A stretch of DNA of 64,000 nt from Candidatus Bathyarchaeia archaeon (GCA_049521795.1 JBEKOM010000005.1:1-64000), one strand, 5' to 3'; positions 36,464 through 46,990 are shown, counted from the stretch's first letter. The notes: generated from the letters alone by a model not told the origin. A program made the numbers and translations.

Positions 36464-39256
36464 TTGAAGAGATTTCCAGCTGAGGAGTACGATCTTCCGT
36501 TTTTCCATGAACAAGGGTTCGTTAGAAAGCTGTGCCCCAAGTGCGATACGTACTTTTGGACTCAGAACCCGCAGCAAGAAACTTGTGGCGAAGCAACGTC
36601 AGAAGGCTGCGCTTCATACACTTTTTTGAATAATCCTCCGACAAAGAAAAGCTACAACCTGCGTGAAATGCGCGAATCCTTCCTCTCATTCTTCGAAAAA
36701 CATGGACACGCACGCATAAAACCCTACCCGGTTGTAGCAAGATGGAGAGAAGACCTCTACCTGACACACGCAAGCATAATCGACTTCCAACCGTACGTGA
36801 CCGACGGGCTTGCACCGCCTCCGGCGAACCCCCTGGTCATTTCTCAACCCTGCATCCGACTCGTCGACATTGACAACACCGGACCCACCTTTGGCAGACA
36901 TCTGACAATCTTTGAGATGGGCGGCGCACACGCGTTCAACTACCCAGACAAGGAGGTCTACTGGAAAGACCAGACGGTGCGTTATCAGCACGAATGGGTC
37001 ACGAAAGACCTTGGCGTGAAGTCTCACGAGATAACGTATAAGGAAGCGGTCTGGGTAGGCGGCGGAAACGCGGGTCCTTGCGTCGAATCGATTATCCGAG
37101 GCCTCGAGGTTGACACGCTCGTTTTCATGCAGTACAAGGTCACAAAAAGCGAGTTCGTTAAGCTGCCGATCCGAACGGTAGACACGGGCTACGGCATAGA
37201 CCGTTACGCGTGGGTTTCTCAAGGTGCGCCAAGCGGGTTTCACGCGATCTACGGTGAACTTCTTGCTAGAATATTCAAGATGGCCGGGTTAACAAAAATC
37301 GACAACGAGATGCTCGTGAAAGTGGCAAGGGTCTCGGGCTTGGTGAGCCTGGACAAAGCAGCAAGCAGGCTGGAAACAAGAAAGAAGGAGGCTGAGCTTG
37401 TCGGGATGAAAGCAAGCGAACTGGACAGGTTCGTCGGTCCAATTGAGAATGCCTTCGCAGTGGCCGACCACACGAAATGCTTGAGTTTCATACTTTCTGA
37501 AGGTGTCGTCCCTTCGAACATTCAGGAAGGATACTTGGCCAGACTCGTCTTCCGAAGAATTTACCGACTGCTGAAAGCGCTCGACATTCCGGACAAACTG
37601 TACGACATCATGGACATGCAAGTTGACCTATGGCGTGAAGACTTTCCACGTCTTAGGGAGATGCGTGACGAGATTATGGAGATGGTGAAGGTCGAAGAGA
37701 AGAAGTTCGAGGAAACGATCAAGCGCGGCGAGGGAATGGTTAAGCGCATCTCTGCAGAATTGAAAGAAAAGGGCAGGAAAGAGGTGCCTGCAGAAACGTT
37801 GACGGAGCTTTACGACTCTCACGGGCTACCACCTGAGATCGTCAAACAGGCAGCGGAGAAAGAAGGCCTCAAAGTGGAGGTTCCGGACAACTTCTACAAT
37901 CTGATCGCTGAGAGACACTTGCAGGTGTCTAAACCAGTCGAAGAAGAAGCCACGTCCAAAGAGTGGCTAGAAAAAGCTGTTGCAGACCTTCCGCGAACAG
38001 AACAGCTCTACTACGAGGATCAATACTTGAAGGAGTTTGACGCAAAGGTTCTGAAAGTGGTCCAAAACGAGTTTATAGTGTTTGACAGAACCTGCTTCTT
38101 CCCAGAGGGCGGAGGTCAACCGCCAGACACGGGCCACATCAGGTTTGACGGAAAAACAGCAGAGATAACTGACGTCCAAAAAGTTGGCACCGTCATAGTT
38201 CACAGGATAAAGGGCGACGCTCCTGAAGAAGGCCAGAAAGTGAAGGGCACTATCGCCTGGGATAAGCGTTACAGTCTCATGAAGAATCACACGGCAACAC
38301 ACGTCATCGGCGGGGCAGCGAAACGAGTGCTCGGACAGCACGTTTGGCAGTACGGAACACAGAAGGGCATAGAGTCCTCAAGGCTTGACATCTCCCATTA
38401 TCGCAGGTTGACGCTGGATGAAGTTCAGAAGATAGAGACTTTGGCAAACGAAGCAGTCCTAAGAAACATTCACGTTGACGTCACGTGGATGCCCAGAAAC
38501 GAAGCTGAAAGCCGGTATGGTTTTCGACTTTATCAGGGCGGAGCGGTTCCCGGCAAGGAGATCCGCGTCGTGAGAGCCGGAGACTGGGACGTCGAAGCCT
38601 GCGCGGGAACCCATCTGAACAGCACAGGGGAAATCGGCTTCATCAAAATAGTGCACTCAGAAAGAGTCCAGGACGGCGTTGAAAGACTCGAATACTCCGT
38701 GGGAATTCCAGCGGTCAAGGCCGTTCAAGCGAACGAGAGACTTCTCGTCAAGCTTTCAGAAACGTTGAACGCACCGTTTGAGAAGCTGAACCAAACGGCT
38801 GAAAAAACGGTCAAAGAATTGAAAGAAGCAAACGTCGAAAGGCGGAAGCTCATCAAGGAGCTGGCAACGCGGGAAAGCACAGATGTGAACCCAGAAACGG
38901 CCGCCAAAGGTAAAGAAGTAGGCGGCATAAACATCGTGCTCCGCGATTTTCAGGGATCGGTTGACGTTGACCGCATGGTTCAAACAGCGACTGAAATGAT
39001 CAAGAGGAACGAGGCAACTGTAACGATATTCTATGGTGCAGATGAGAAGAACGCTAGGATAATGGTCATGGCAGGAAAAACCGCGCTTGAAAAAGGCGTG
39101 AACGCAGGCGAAATAGTGAGAGAGGCTTCAAAACTCATAGGCGGCGGAGGAGGAGGAAGACCCAACTTCGCCCAAGGCGGCGGAACACAAGTTGAAAACG
39201 TGCAAGAAGCCGCCAAAAAAGCGGAGGAAGCCTTGAAAAAACAGTTGAAACCTTGA
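36464..39256 (+). CDS. alaS: Alanine--tRNA ligase (archaeal type)
   Basis: YPVVARWR, DTGYG, ADHTK, editing HTATH...CAGTH, GGGGG..FAQGG. Confidence 0.98.
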   Translation: MKRFPAEEYDLPFFHEQGFVRKLCPKCDTYFWTQNPQQETCGEATSEGCASYTFLNNPPTKKSYNLREMRESFLSFFEKHGHARIKPYPVVARWREDLYLTHASIIDFQPYVTDGLAPPPANPLVISQPCIRLVDIDNTGPTFGRHLTIFEMGGAHAFNYPDKEVYWKDQTVRYQHEWVTKDLGVKSHEITYKEAVWVGGGNAGPCVESIIRGLEVDTLVFMQYKVTKSEFVKLPIRTVDTGYGIDRYAWVSQGAPSGFHAIYGELLARIFKMAGLTKIDNEMLVKVARVSGLVSLDKAASRLETRKKEAELVGMKASELDRFVGPIENAFAVADHTKCLSFILSEGVVPSNIQEGYLARLVFRRIYRLLKALDIPDKLYDIMDMQVDLWREDFPRLREMRDEIMEMVKVEEKKFEETIKRGEGMVKRISAELKEKGRKEVPAETLTELYDSHGLPPEIVKQAAEKEGLKVEVPDNFYNLIAERHLQVSKPVEEEATSKEWLEKAVADLPRTEQLYYEDQYLKEFDAKVLKVVQNEFIVFDRTCFFPEGGGQPPDTGHIRFDGKTAEITDVQKVGTVIVHRIKGDAPEEGQKVKGTIAWDKRYSLMKNHTATHVIGGAAKRVLGQHVWQYGTQKGIESSRLDISHYRRLTLDEVQKIETLANEAVLRNIHVDVTWMPRNEAESRYGFRLYQGGAVPGKEIRVVRAGDWDVEACAGTHLNSTGEIGFIKIVHSERVQDGVERLEYSVGIPAVKAVQANERLLVKLSETLNAPFEKLNQTAEKTVKELKEANVERRKLIKELATRESTDVNPETAAKGKEVGGINIVLRDFQGSVDVDRMVQTATEMIKRNEATVTIFYGADEKNARIMVMAGKTALEKGVNAGEIVREASKLIGGGGGGRPNFAQGGGTQVENVQEAAKKAEEALKKQLKP

Positions 39257-39311
39257 AGTGAAGTTTTTAGGAGACATTCCATCTCAATACACCATGCTTT
39301 GAGGAGTACGG

Positions 39312-40460
39312 ATGAAGTATAGAAGCTTTGGAAAACTAAAATGGAAAGTTTCAGCTCTCGGGTTCGGCGCGATGAGACTGCCGATCCTTGGAAATGACGC
39401 TGCAAAAATCGACGAGCCTGAAGCTATCCGCATGATAAGGCACGCGATCGATAATGGCGTGAACTACTTGGACACTGCGTATCCGTATCACCGGGGAAAT
39501 GCGGAGACTTTGGTTGGAAAAGCGCTACAGAACGGGTACAGGGAGAAGATCAAGCTGGCCACAAAGATGCCAACGTGGCTCATCAAATCCGAACAGGACA
39601 TGGACAAGTATCTGGAAGAACAGCTAGGCAGGCTCTGCGTGAAGCAGGTCGATTTCTACCTTCTGCACGGACTGACCGGCGAGCGTTGGCAGAAGCTCAC
39701 GGAACTGAACGTGTTGAAATGGCTTGAGAAGAAAACAGACGTTGGAAAGATCAGCGGTTTTGGCTTCAGTTTTCACGACGAATACGAGGTGTTCAAGAAG
39801 ATCGTAGACAGCTCTGACGGGTGGACCCTGTGCCAGATCCAGTACAACTATATGGACTCGAACTATCAAGCTGGTACAAGAGGGCTGAAGTATGCCGCGT
39901 CGCAAGGTCTCGCGGTCGTAGTTATGGAGCCGATCGCCGGCGGAAGACTGGGTGTTAAGCCGCCAGCTGAGATCGAGGCTGCTTGGGATGAAGCAGACTT
40001 CAAAAGAACCCCAGCGGAGTGGGCCCTGCAGTGGGTTTGGAACCAGCCTGAAGTGTCCGTGGCGCTCAGCGGTATGAGCACGATGGAGCAGGTTGAGGAG
40101 AACCTTCGAAGCGCAGACCGTTCGGGCCCAGGAACTCTGACCGAAAGGGAACTTCAACTTATCGACCGAGTCAAGGCGAAGTACACGCAGTTCGGTTTCG
40201 TCGGGTGTACAGGCTGCAGATACTGCCTACCGTGTCCTGAAGGAGTGAACATCCCAGAGATAATCTCGCTTTACAATGAGTACTATATGAAGGACAAGGA
40301 CGATGAGATAAAGAAAAAGTACTGGGAGCACATCACAAAAGAAAGCCAAGCGAAAAGATGCGCCAGATGCGGAACGTGCGAGGAGCTCTGCCCACAGAAG
40401 CTCACGGTAAGAGACATCCTCAACAGAGCGGCATGGATATTCGAACAAGACACTGGTTAG
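39312..40460 (+). CDS. Aldo/keto reductase with C-terminal 4Fe-4S dicluster
   Basis: LGFGAMRLP, DTAYPYH, CTGCRYCLPCP, CARCGTCEELCP. Confidence 0.93.
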   Translation: MKYRSFGKLKWKVSALGFGAMRLPILGNDAAKIDEPEAIRMIRHAIDNGVNYLDTAYPYHRGNAETLVGKALQNGYREKIKLATKMPTWLIKSEQDMDKYLEEQLGRLCVKQVDFYLLHGLTGERWQKLTELNVLKWLEKKTDVGKISGFGFSFHDEYEVFKKIVDSSDGWTLCQIQYNYMDSNYQAGTRGLKYAASQGLAVVVMEPIAGGRLGVKPPAEIEAAWDEADFKRTPAEWALQWVWNQPEVSVALSGMSTMEQVEENLRSADRSGPGTLTERELQLIDRVKAKYTQFGFVGCTGCRYCLPCPEGVNIPEIISLYNEYYMKDKDDEIKKKYWEHITKESQAKRCARCGTCEELCPQKLTVRDILNRAAWIFEQDTG

Positions 40461-40485
40461 GCTAAGTTTGTTGTTCGGTGTCTCG

Positions 40486-41130
40486 ATGATTAAAGCCGTA
40501 CTGTTTGACATGGACGGAGTGATAGCAGAAACTGAACACGTTCACGTCGAAGCGGAGAAGAAGACCTTGCTGAAGTACGGCGTTCAAATCACTGAGGATG
40601 AACTGCACCGATACACAGGGACGACGGCCAAGCAGATGTTCATGGAACTGATCGCAAAATACAAGCTTGACACGACGTTCGAGAAAATATTCAACGAGAA
40701 AGAAGAGATCATGTTCAAACTGCTCGAAATGGACACTCAGCCAGTAAAGGGAGTCATTGAGTTAATCTGTAAGCTGAAAGAAGAGCATGTGAAGTTAGCA
40801 GTGGCTTCGAGTTCGCATAGGAGATTGGTTCAGTACGTCTTGAGAAAGCTGGAGATTACCGAGCTTTTTGATTCAATAATCACCGCGGAAGACGTTGCAC
40901 ACGGCAAACCGGACCCAGAGATATTCTTGATGTCCGCAAAGAGGTTGAAGGTCAGTCCGGCTGAATGTTTGGTGGTTGAGGATGCAAAGTTGGGCGTAGA
41001 AGCCGCGAAAAAGGCGGGGATGAAATGCCTAGGTTACAGAAATCCGCACAGTGGAAATCAAGACTTGTCAAAGGCGGACATCGTGACGGATGACTTCTCC
41101 AGCCTAGACGTTCAGAAACTGCTTTCGTGA
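40486..41130 (+). CDS. HAD-family phosphatase (beta-PGM-like)
   Basis: FDMDGV, GKPDP, VVEDA. Confidence 0.93.
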   Translation: MIKAVLFDMDGVIAETEHVHVEAEKKTLLKYGVQITEDELHRYTGTTAKQMFMELIAKYKLDTTFEKIFNEKEEIMFKLLEMDTQPVKGVIELICKLKEEHVKLAVASSSHRRLVQYVLRKLEITELFDSIITAEDVAHGKPDPEIFLMSAKRLKVSPAECLVVEDAKLGVEAAKKAGMKCLGYRNPHSGNQDLSKADIVTDDFSSLDVQKLLS

Positions 41131-41154
41131 ACACGCGATTGGAGCCAGAAGCAA

Positions 41155-42021
41155 ATGACAGAAAGACTCACAAAGGTTGAGTTTAGCAACTTGGAGAAGG
41201 TCCTGTATCCTGAACTGAAGGTCACGAAAGCGCAGGTCATCGAATACTACATCAAGGTAGCTCCGAAAATGCTGAATCTGCTGACTGACAGACCGATAGT
41301 CATGACGAGGTTTCCCAACGGCATAGATAAGGAGGGATTCTATGAGAAAGACGCTCCGCAGGGCACGCCGGCTTGGGTGAAAACGTTCAGAAGATACTCT
41401 GAGACCGCAGAGCGAGAGATAAACTACGTACTCTGCAATAATCTTGACACGCTTCTATGGTTGGCAAACCTTGCCTCCTTAGAAATTCACATGACACTTT
41501 CGAAAGCAGACTCTTTTGAAAACCCAGACCTCGTCGTGTTTGACCTAGACCCGAAACCTCCAGCGGATTATGACGACGTCGTCGAGGTTGCTCTCATGAT
41601 AAAAGAGAGACTGGACGACCTGAGCTTGACGTCTTACGTCAAAACTTCCGGAAAAAAGGGGCTCCACATCATCCTGCCCATCGTTAAGGGCTACACTTTC
41701 CAGCAGACCAGAGAATTCGTCCAAAAGATCGCGGCATACGTGGGAAAACAGACTGAGAAAGTCGTTGCACAGCGTTCTAAGTCAGACACGCCTGGAAAAG
41801 TCTACTTAGACTACGTGCAGAACTCGCATGGAAGGACGATGGTTTGTCCGTACAGCACGAGAGCTACACCGCGAGCCACGGTGTCAACGCCGCTTGAATG
41901 GAGCGACGTTAAGAAAGGATTAAACCCAGAAGAATTCAATCTGTTCAGCGTGGTTAAGGTCTCCAAGAGTCCTTGGGAAGGATTGTTGGAGAACATGCAG
42001 AAGTTGGAGGCGAATGGATAA
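41155..42021 (+). CDS. ligD: NHEJ primase-polymerase (LigD POL domain, stand-alone)
   Basis: SNLEKVLYP, RFPNGI..FYEK, VFDLDP, KTSGKKGLH, YLDYVQN, PYSTRA...VSTPLEW. Confidence 0.95.
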   Translation: MTERLTKVEFSNLEKVLYPELKVTKAQVIEYYIKVAPKMLNLLTDRPIVMTRFPNGIDKEGFYEKDAPQGTPAWVKTFRRYSETAEREINYVLCNNLDTLLWLANLASLEIHMTLSKADSFENPDLVVFDLDPKPPADYDDVVEVALMIKERLDDLSLTSYVKTSGKKGLHIILPIVKGYTFQQTREFVQKIAAYVGKQTEKVVAQRSKSDTPGKVYLDYVQNSHGRTMVCPYSTRATPRATVSTPLEWSDVKKGLNPEEFNLFSVVKVSKSPWEGLLENMQKLEANG

Positions 42022-42818
42022 TGACTGATGTAGAGAAAACCCGAGTGCGCAGAACGTCCATCTGGAGTGGCACGGTAACGATAGGGCTAGTCAACGTGCC
42101 CGTTAGGTTGCAGGCCATGATTTTTGACAAGAGCGTTACCTTCAAGTTCCTTCACAAGACCGATAATTCCCCCCTGAAGTACGAGAAAGTCTGCATCAAA
42201 GAAGACAAGGTCGTGCCCTGGCAAGATGTCGTCAAAGGGTACGAGGTCAGAAAGGGCGAATTCGTTGTATTCACCAACGATGAGCTGAAGGCGGCCAGGC
42301 CGGAGTCTGACCAGAGGATTCGCATCGACAAATTCATCGATTACTTTTCAATTGACCCTGTTTACTTTGACAGGTCATACATCCTGACCCCTGACAAGAG
42401 CAACGATGCTTACAGCCTGCTGCTAACGGCTCTGGAAAAGATGGGCAAAGCGGGAGTTGGCAGAATAACGCTGAGGACAAAGGAGTACCCAGTCCTGGTG
42501 CACCCCTACAAGGATGCCCTAGTTTTGACCACTCTGCGCTACGCGTTCGAGGTTGCTGACCCAGCAAAACTAGAAGAGATCGGCAAACTCCAGGAACCCA
42601 AGAAAGAAGAGCTCGACCTCGCAAAGAAAATAGTCACCGATCTGTCAGGAGAGTTTGACATAACCGAGTACAGAGACACGTTCAAAGAGAAGATCGATGA
42701 ACTGGTTCAGAAGAAGACGAAAGGTGAAACCATCACCGTTGAGAAGCCCGTGAAAGAGGAAGCCAAAGAACTGATGGTCGCGCTGCAAGAGACGCTTAAA
42801 CAGCTGAAAAAGAAATGA
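42021..42818 (+). CDS. ku: Ku DNA end-binding protein
   Basis: IWSGTVTIGLVNVPVRL, VVKGYE, IDPVYFDRSY, YRDTF. Confidence 0.96.
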   Translation: MTDVEKTRVRRTSIWSGTVTIGLVNVPVRLQAMIFDKSVTFKFLHKTDNSPLKYEKVCIKEDKVVPWQDVVKGYEVRKGEFVVFTNDELKAARPESDQRIRIDKFIDYFSIDPVYFDRSYILTPDKSNDAYSLLLTALEKMGKAGVGRITLRTKEYPVLVHPYKDALVLTTLRYAFEVADPAKLEEIGKLQEPKKEELDLAKKIVTDLSGEFDITEYRDTFKEKIDELVQKKTKGETITVEKPVKEEAKELMVALQETLKQLKKK

Positions 42819-44209
42819 ACAGGCACTACAAGCCGATGCTTGCACAGTCCGCAGAAGCCCCGTTTAACTCAAAGGACTGGATCTTCGAAGTAAAATGGGA
42901 CGGAATCAGAGCAATCAGCTACGTCGACGACGATCTGAGCATCAGGAGCCGCAATGATAAGGAATTGAGGTACAACTTTCCCGAGTTGGAAGAGCTCAAA
43001 AACCTTGCAACCAACGCCGTGCTCGACGGCGAAATCATCGTCATGAAAGCAGGCAGCACAGACTTTCAAAAACTCATAGAAAGGAGCAAGGTGAATTCCC
43101 AGCGGGACATCGAGTACATGTCACGCGAATTCCCAGCAACTTACGTTGTTTTCGACATACTAGAAACCCATGGCAAACCTCTCATCAACCTTCCCCTAAT
43201 CGAGAGAAAAAGCATTCTCAAGGAAAACTTGAGGGAAGGAAAACACGTTACCACATCTTTGTTCGTTGAGGAAGAAGGCGAGATTTACTACCAGGAAGCC
43301 CTCAAAAAAGGCGTAGAAGGGATAATGGCAAAGAAAAAGGACAGCCCATACACGCCTGGAATGCGCAGCGACAACTGGCTGAAGATAAAGAAGCTGCTCT
43401 CCTGCGATTGCGTGATTTTCGGGTACACTGCAGGAGAAGGAAACAGAGAAGAAACATTTGGAGCACTTGTCCTGGGACTGTATGAAAGGGACAAACCAGC
43501 GTACGTTGGCAAGGTTGGAACGGGCTTCTCACTGACTAGCATGAAGCATCTGATGGAACTCTTCCGAAGATTGGAGACACAGGAGAAGACGCTTGAAGGA
43601 GTCGATGCTTCTGAAAAGGTCACTTGGCTCAAACCGGAGCTCGTGTGTGAAATTGTCTATCAGACTGTGACGAAGGATAACAGGCTACGCATGCCCAGAT
43701 TTCACGTTCTCAGACCTGACAAGTCTCCGCTCGAATGTACCTTAGACCAGATAAGGCAGAATAGCCTCCCTGAATACACCGCAAAAAGAGACTTCACAGT
43801 CACGCCTGAACCAAAGGTAGGCGCGAAGGCAACGGAAGGACAGGTCTTCGTCGTGCAGGAACATCATGCTAGAAGATTGCATTATGACCTTCGCTTGGAA
43901 AAGGAAGGTGTCCTGAAGAGCTGGGCGGTGCCGAAGGGCATTCCTGAGAAGGCTGGCGACAAGAGGCTCGCTGTTCACACGGAGGATCACCCGTTGGAAT
44001 ACGCCAACTTTGAGGGAACGATACCTGCGGGGCAGTACGGAGCTGGAACAGTGAAGATTTGGGACAGAGGGACTTTCGATGTGAAACTCTGGAAAGAGGA
44101 CATGGTCGAGTTCACTCTGAAGGGAGACAGGCTTCGCGGAAAATACGTTCTGACAAAGTTCAAGAAAGCAGGGGACAATGATTGGCTTCTGCTGAGGATG
44201 AAAGACTGA
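42815..44209 (+). CDS. ligD: NHEJ ATP-dependent DNA ligase fused to a C-terminal 3'-phosphoesterase (LigD LIG-PE)
   Basis: EVKWDGIR, EGIMAK, WLKIK, GKVGTGF, LRMPRF; then FVVQEHHARRLHYDLRLE, SWAVPKG, EDHP, YGAG. Confidence 0.96.
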   Translation: MNRHYKPMLAQSAEAPFNSKDWIFEVKWDGIRAISYVDDDLSIRSRNDKELRYNFPELEELKNLATNAVLDGEIIVMKAGSTDFQKLIERSKVNSQRDIEYMSREFPATYVVFDILETHGKPLINLPLIERKSILKENLREGKHVTTSLFVEEEGEIYYQEALKKGVEGIMAKKKDSPYTPGMRSDNWLKIKKLLSCDCVIFGYTAGEGNREETFGALVLGLYERDKPAYVGKVGTGFSLTSMKHLMELFRRLETQEKTLEGVDASEKVTWLKPELVCEIVYQTVTKDNRLRMPRFHVLRPDKSPLECTLDQIRQNSLPEYTAKRDFTVTPEPKVGAKATEGQVFVVQEHHARRLHYDLRLEKEGVLKSWAVPKGIPEKAGDKRLAVHTEDHPLEYANFEGTIPAGQYGAGTVKIWDRGTFDVKLWKEDMVEFTLKGDRLRGKYVLTKFKKAGDNDWLLLRMKD

Positions 44210-44210
44210 C

Positions 44211-44957
44211 ATGAAAAACGTTCACGTTGGAACTATGGGCTGGAGCTACGGCTTCTGGGTTGGAAACTTCTATCCTAGAGGCCTTAGGCCGAGCGAGTTT
44301 TTGGCCCAGTACTCGAAGCATTTTGGAACGGTGGAAGTGAACAACACGTTCTACAGAGTTCCCAGCGAAAGCACTCTCTTGAAATGGAGGGAACAGACGC
44401 CCGAAGGTTTTCTGTTCTCCGCGAAGTTCCCCCAAGTCATAACGCACAGGAAAATGCTGAAAAACTGCGAGTCTGAAACGCAGTTTTTCATCGAAAGAAT
44501 CTCCGTTCTACAAGAAAAGGTTGGGGCCCTTCTTTTACAGTTTCCACCCGCGTTTGGACCGAAAGAAGCCACTCTTCTGGGAGATTTTCTAACCATGCTG
44601 CCGAAGAAGTACAGGTACGCCGTGGAAGTAAGAAACAAGAAATTGCTTGGCGACAAGCTCTTCTCTCTTCTGAAAGAGAACGGAGTCGCCCTCGCCATAA
44701 ATCCTCTCATGCCCGAGACAGAGCAGATCACAACTGACTTTGCCTACATAAGATGGGAAGGAGACAGGAGAAAAGTGAACGGCGCACTTGGAAAGCTAGA
44801 GGTCGATAGGACAGACGACATCAAAAAGTGGGCAACGAGGATCAGCAAATTCCTCGGCGAAACAAAAGAAGTATTTGGATATTTCAGTAAATACTATTCG
44901 GGTCATCCTCCTACAGACGCAAGACAATTCGTCGAATTGCTCGGCCTAGTCAGCTGA
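44211..44957 (+). CDS. DUF72 (UPF0759) protein
   Basis: VGTMGWSY, VEVNNTFY, LLQFPP, AVEVR, YIRWEG. Confidence 0.93.
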   Translation: MKNVHVGTMGWSYGFWVGNFYPRGLRPSEFLAQYSKHFGTVEVNNTFYRVPSESTLLKWREQTPEGFLFSAKFPQVITHRKMLKNCESETQFFIERISVLQEKVGALLLQFPPAFGPKEATLLGDFLTMLPKKYRYAVEVRNKKLLGDKLFSLLKENGVALAINPLMPETEQITTDFAYIRWEGDRRKVNGALGKLEVDRTDDIKKWATRISKFLGETKEVFGYFSKYYSGHPPTDARQFVELLGLVS

Positions 44958-45030
44958 AAATGAAGGGATTCGCGTATCCAAAGTGCTTTATAATGCAGCA
45001 GAACCATTCTAGCCCCAAGGAGGTTGATGC

Positions 45031-45393
45031 ATGCCAAGAGTTATCCACTTTGAAATTAATGCAGACGACCCAAAGAGAGCCGTAGAGTTCTACGAAAAGG
45101 TGTTCGGCTGGAAGATTAACAAATGGGAAGGACCCGCCGAGTATTGGCTTGTCAGCACTGGCGATGAGAAAGAGCCCGGCATCGGCGGAGCAATCATGGA
45201 ACGGATGGACAAAGCAACGACGGTCAACACGATAGACGTACCGTCAGTCGACGAGTACGTTAAGAAGGTCGTGAAGGCTGGTGGAAAACAGGTGAGCAAG
45301 AAGAACACGATTCCGGGCATCGGCTATTTTGCATACTGCGCGGACACCGAGGGAAACGTCTTCGGAGTTATGGAACCAAACCCCAGAGCATAG
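45031..45393 (+). CDS. VOC/glyoxalase family protein
   Basis: IHFEINADDPKRAVEFY, DTEGNVFG. Confidence 0.93.
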   Translation: MPRVIHFEINADDPKRAVEFYEKVFGWKINKWEGPAEYWLVSTGDEKEPGIGGAIMERMDKATTVNTIDVPSVDEYVKKVVKAGGKQVSKKNTIPGIGYFAYCADTEGNVFGVMEPNPRA

Positions 45394-45405
45394 ACTCAAT
45401 TTTAG

Positions 45406-45432
45406 TTTTAGGGATGCAGTTTACCCCAAATC
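45406..45432 (-). repeat. Copy of ~28-bp palindrome (site E, inverted, spacer 1 nt shorter)
   Basis: Reverse complement GATTTGGGGTA-AACTG-CATCCCTAAAA; 12 nt after the VOC stop. Confidence 0.85.
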
Positions 45433-45586
45433 CAATGGACGACCAAAGTAACGGTGGGTTGCCAGACCGTTTACTCTTCATCAACTCGCGCGTGCTGTCC
45501 AATCACCTAACGTCGTCAGCTTTAAATCTGTCAGGACTTGACTGCTACGTGAGTTCTGATATGCCGAGAAGGTCGTGACATTTGTT

Positions 45587-46342
45587 ATGCCAAAGAGAGA
45601 CCATGTTATGAAACAGTGGGACGACGCAGCCGAATCATGGGTTGACTTTGTAAGGAAAGGTAAGGACTATTACAGAGACGAACTTAACAACCCTGCAGCT
45701 TTCAGATTAATAGGAAACGTGAAAGGTCAAATGGTGCTGGACCTAGCCAGCGGCGAGGGATACAACGCTCGAATACTAGCTAGAAAAGGCGCCAAAGTGA
45801 CTGGAGCAGATTTTTCGGCAAAATTAGTCGAGCTTGCCAGAATCGAGGAAGCAAGAGAGAAGCTGGGCATAGACTATCATATTGCGGATGCTACTGACCT
45901 CTCAAGGTTTCCGAGCCATTATTTTGATCTCGTGACTTGTTTTATGGCTTTACAGGACATCAAGAACTACAAGAGAGCAGTGTTTGAAGTGGCAAGGGTC
46001 CTGAAAAACAGAGGCCGGCTCGTGTTTTCAATTCCTCACCCGTGTTTTGAAATGGTAGTTGACAAGAAAGGAAATAGAATAAGCGCAACAACGAGATATT
46101 TTGAAGCTGCTGAGGACCATATTCAATGGAAAATGGACAGGCTCCTGAAGCCATTCGAGACTACAAGCTTCCACAGAACATTAACTGATTATTTCAACGT
46201 GCTTAGTAAGAATAGACTTCTTGTAAAGAGTCTTGTGGAGCCACAACCCACAAAAGAAGCGATTTCAAAATATCCAACCCTCAAAGAAGTTCTTCTCAGA
46301 CCACAATCAGTGATAATGGAATCAGTTAAGATGCCAATCTGA
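45587..46342 (+). CDS. Class I SAM-dependent methyltransferase
   Basis: VLDLASGEG, FSIPHPCF, FHRTLTDY. Confidence 0.9.
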   Translation: MPKRDHVMKQWDDAAESWVDFVRKGKDYYRDELNNPAAFRLIGNVKGQMVLDLASGEGYNARILARKGAKVTGADFSAKLVELARIEEAREKLGIDYHIADATDLSRFPSHYFDLVTCFMALQDIKNYKRAVFEVARVLKNRGRLVFSIPHPCFEMVVDKKGNRISATTRYFEAAEDHIQWKMDRLLKPFETTSFHRTLTDYFNVLSKNRLLVKSLVEPQPTKEAISKYPTLKEVLLRPQSVIMESVKMPI

Positions 46343-46358
46343 GCAAACATCGTTTCTA

Positions 46359-46388
46359 GGTTTGGGGACAAGATTTTGCCCTCAAATT
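46359..46388 (+). repeat. Variant copy of the palindrome (site F)
   Basis: GGTTTGGGGACAA-GATT-TTGCCCTCAAATT; 16 nt after the MTase stop; preceded by GTTTCTA as is site A. Confidence 0.65.
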
Positions 46389-46555
46389 CTGTTCTGGGAA
46401 ATTCATGTAGACTTTGAGCTACAAGTCTTCGCGACCAGGTCGGTACTTCACTGATTTCACTTTTTCTGGGCGCAGCAGTGCTGGGACTCATTTTAACACA
46501 GAACTCCAGGATCTACTGCAGAATGATTGACGTGCATTTGCAGGCAATGGATTGA

Positions 46556-46990
46556 TTAGAACTGCTTTGGTTTTTGTCTTGTGTAGACTTCTATCACGTA
46601 GTTATCTGGGTCGCAGAATGACACAGCATTGTATCCTGGCTCGAATTCAGGGTGCTCTTCGCATGGGAACAGGGCTTTAAACCCTTTCTTCTTCATTTCT
46701 CTCTCGATATCAAAAACGGCTTTCTTGTCGGGAAGGAGGATCGCTAGGTGATCAGTTACAACGAACTCTTCCCCAGTCGGAGCTTTGCGCCTAACCCTTG
46801 GTTCCCGTAAGGCACTCACCCAAACTGAGAAATTCTGGTTAGAGAATCCTATCCCTTCTTCAGTGTCCATCATGACGCTGAAGCCTAGCCCTGCCAGCAA
46901 AGCCTCGTAAAACCTCTTGGAACTGCTCAGGTTCGAGACTTCGATTCCAACATGACCAACAACTGCTCGAGTTTGCTTGTCTGAAACCAT
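46556..46990 (-). CDS. VOC family protein
   Basis: GHVGIEVSNL...FY, DHLA, FCDPDNYVIEV. Confidence 0.9.
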   Translation of the reverse strand: MVSDKQTRAVVGHVGIEVSNLSSSKRFYEALLAGLGFSVMMDTEEGIGFSNQNFSVWVSALREPRVRRKAPTGEEFVVTDHLAILLPDKKAVFDIEREMKKKGFKALFPCEEHPEFEPGYNAVSFCDPDNYVIEVYTRQKPKQF

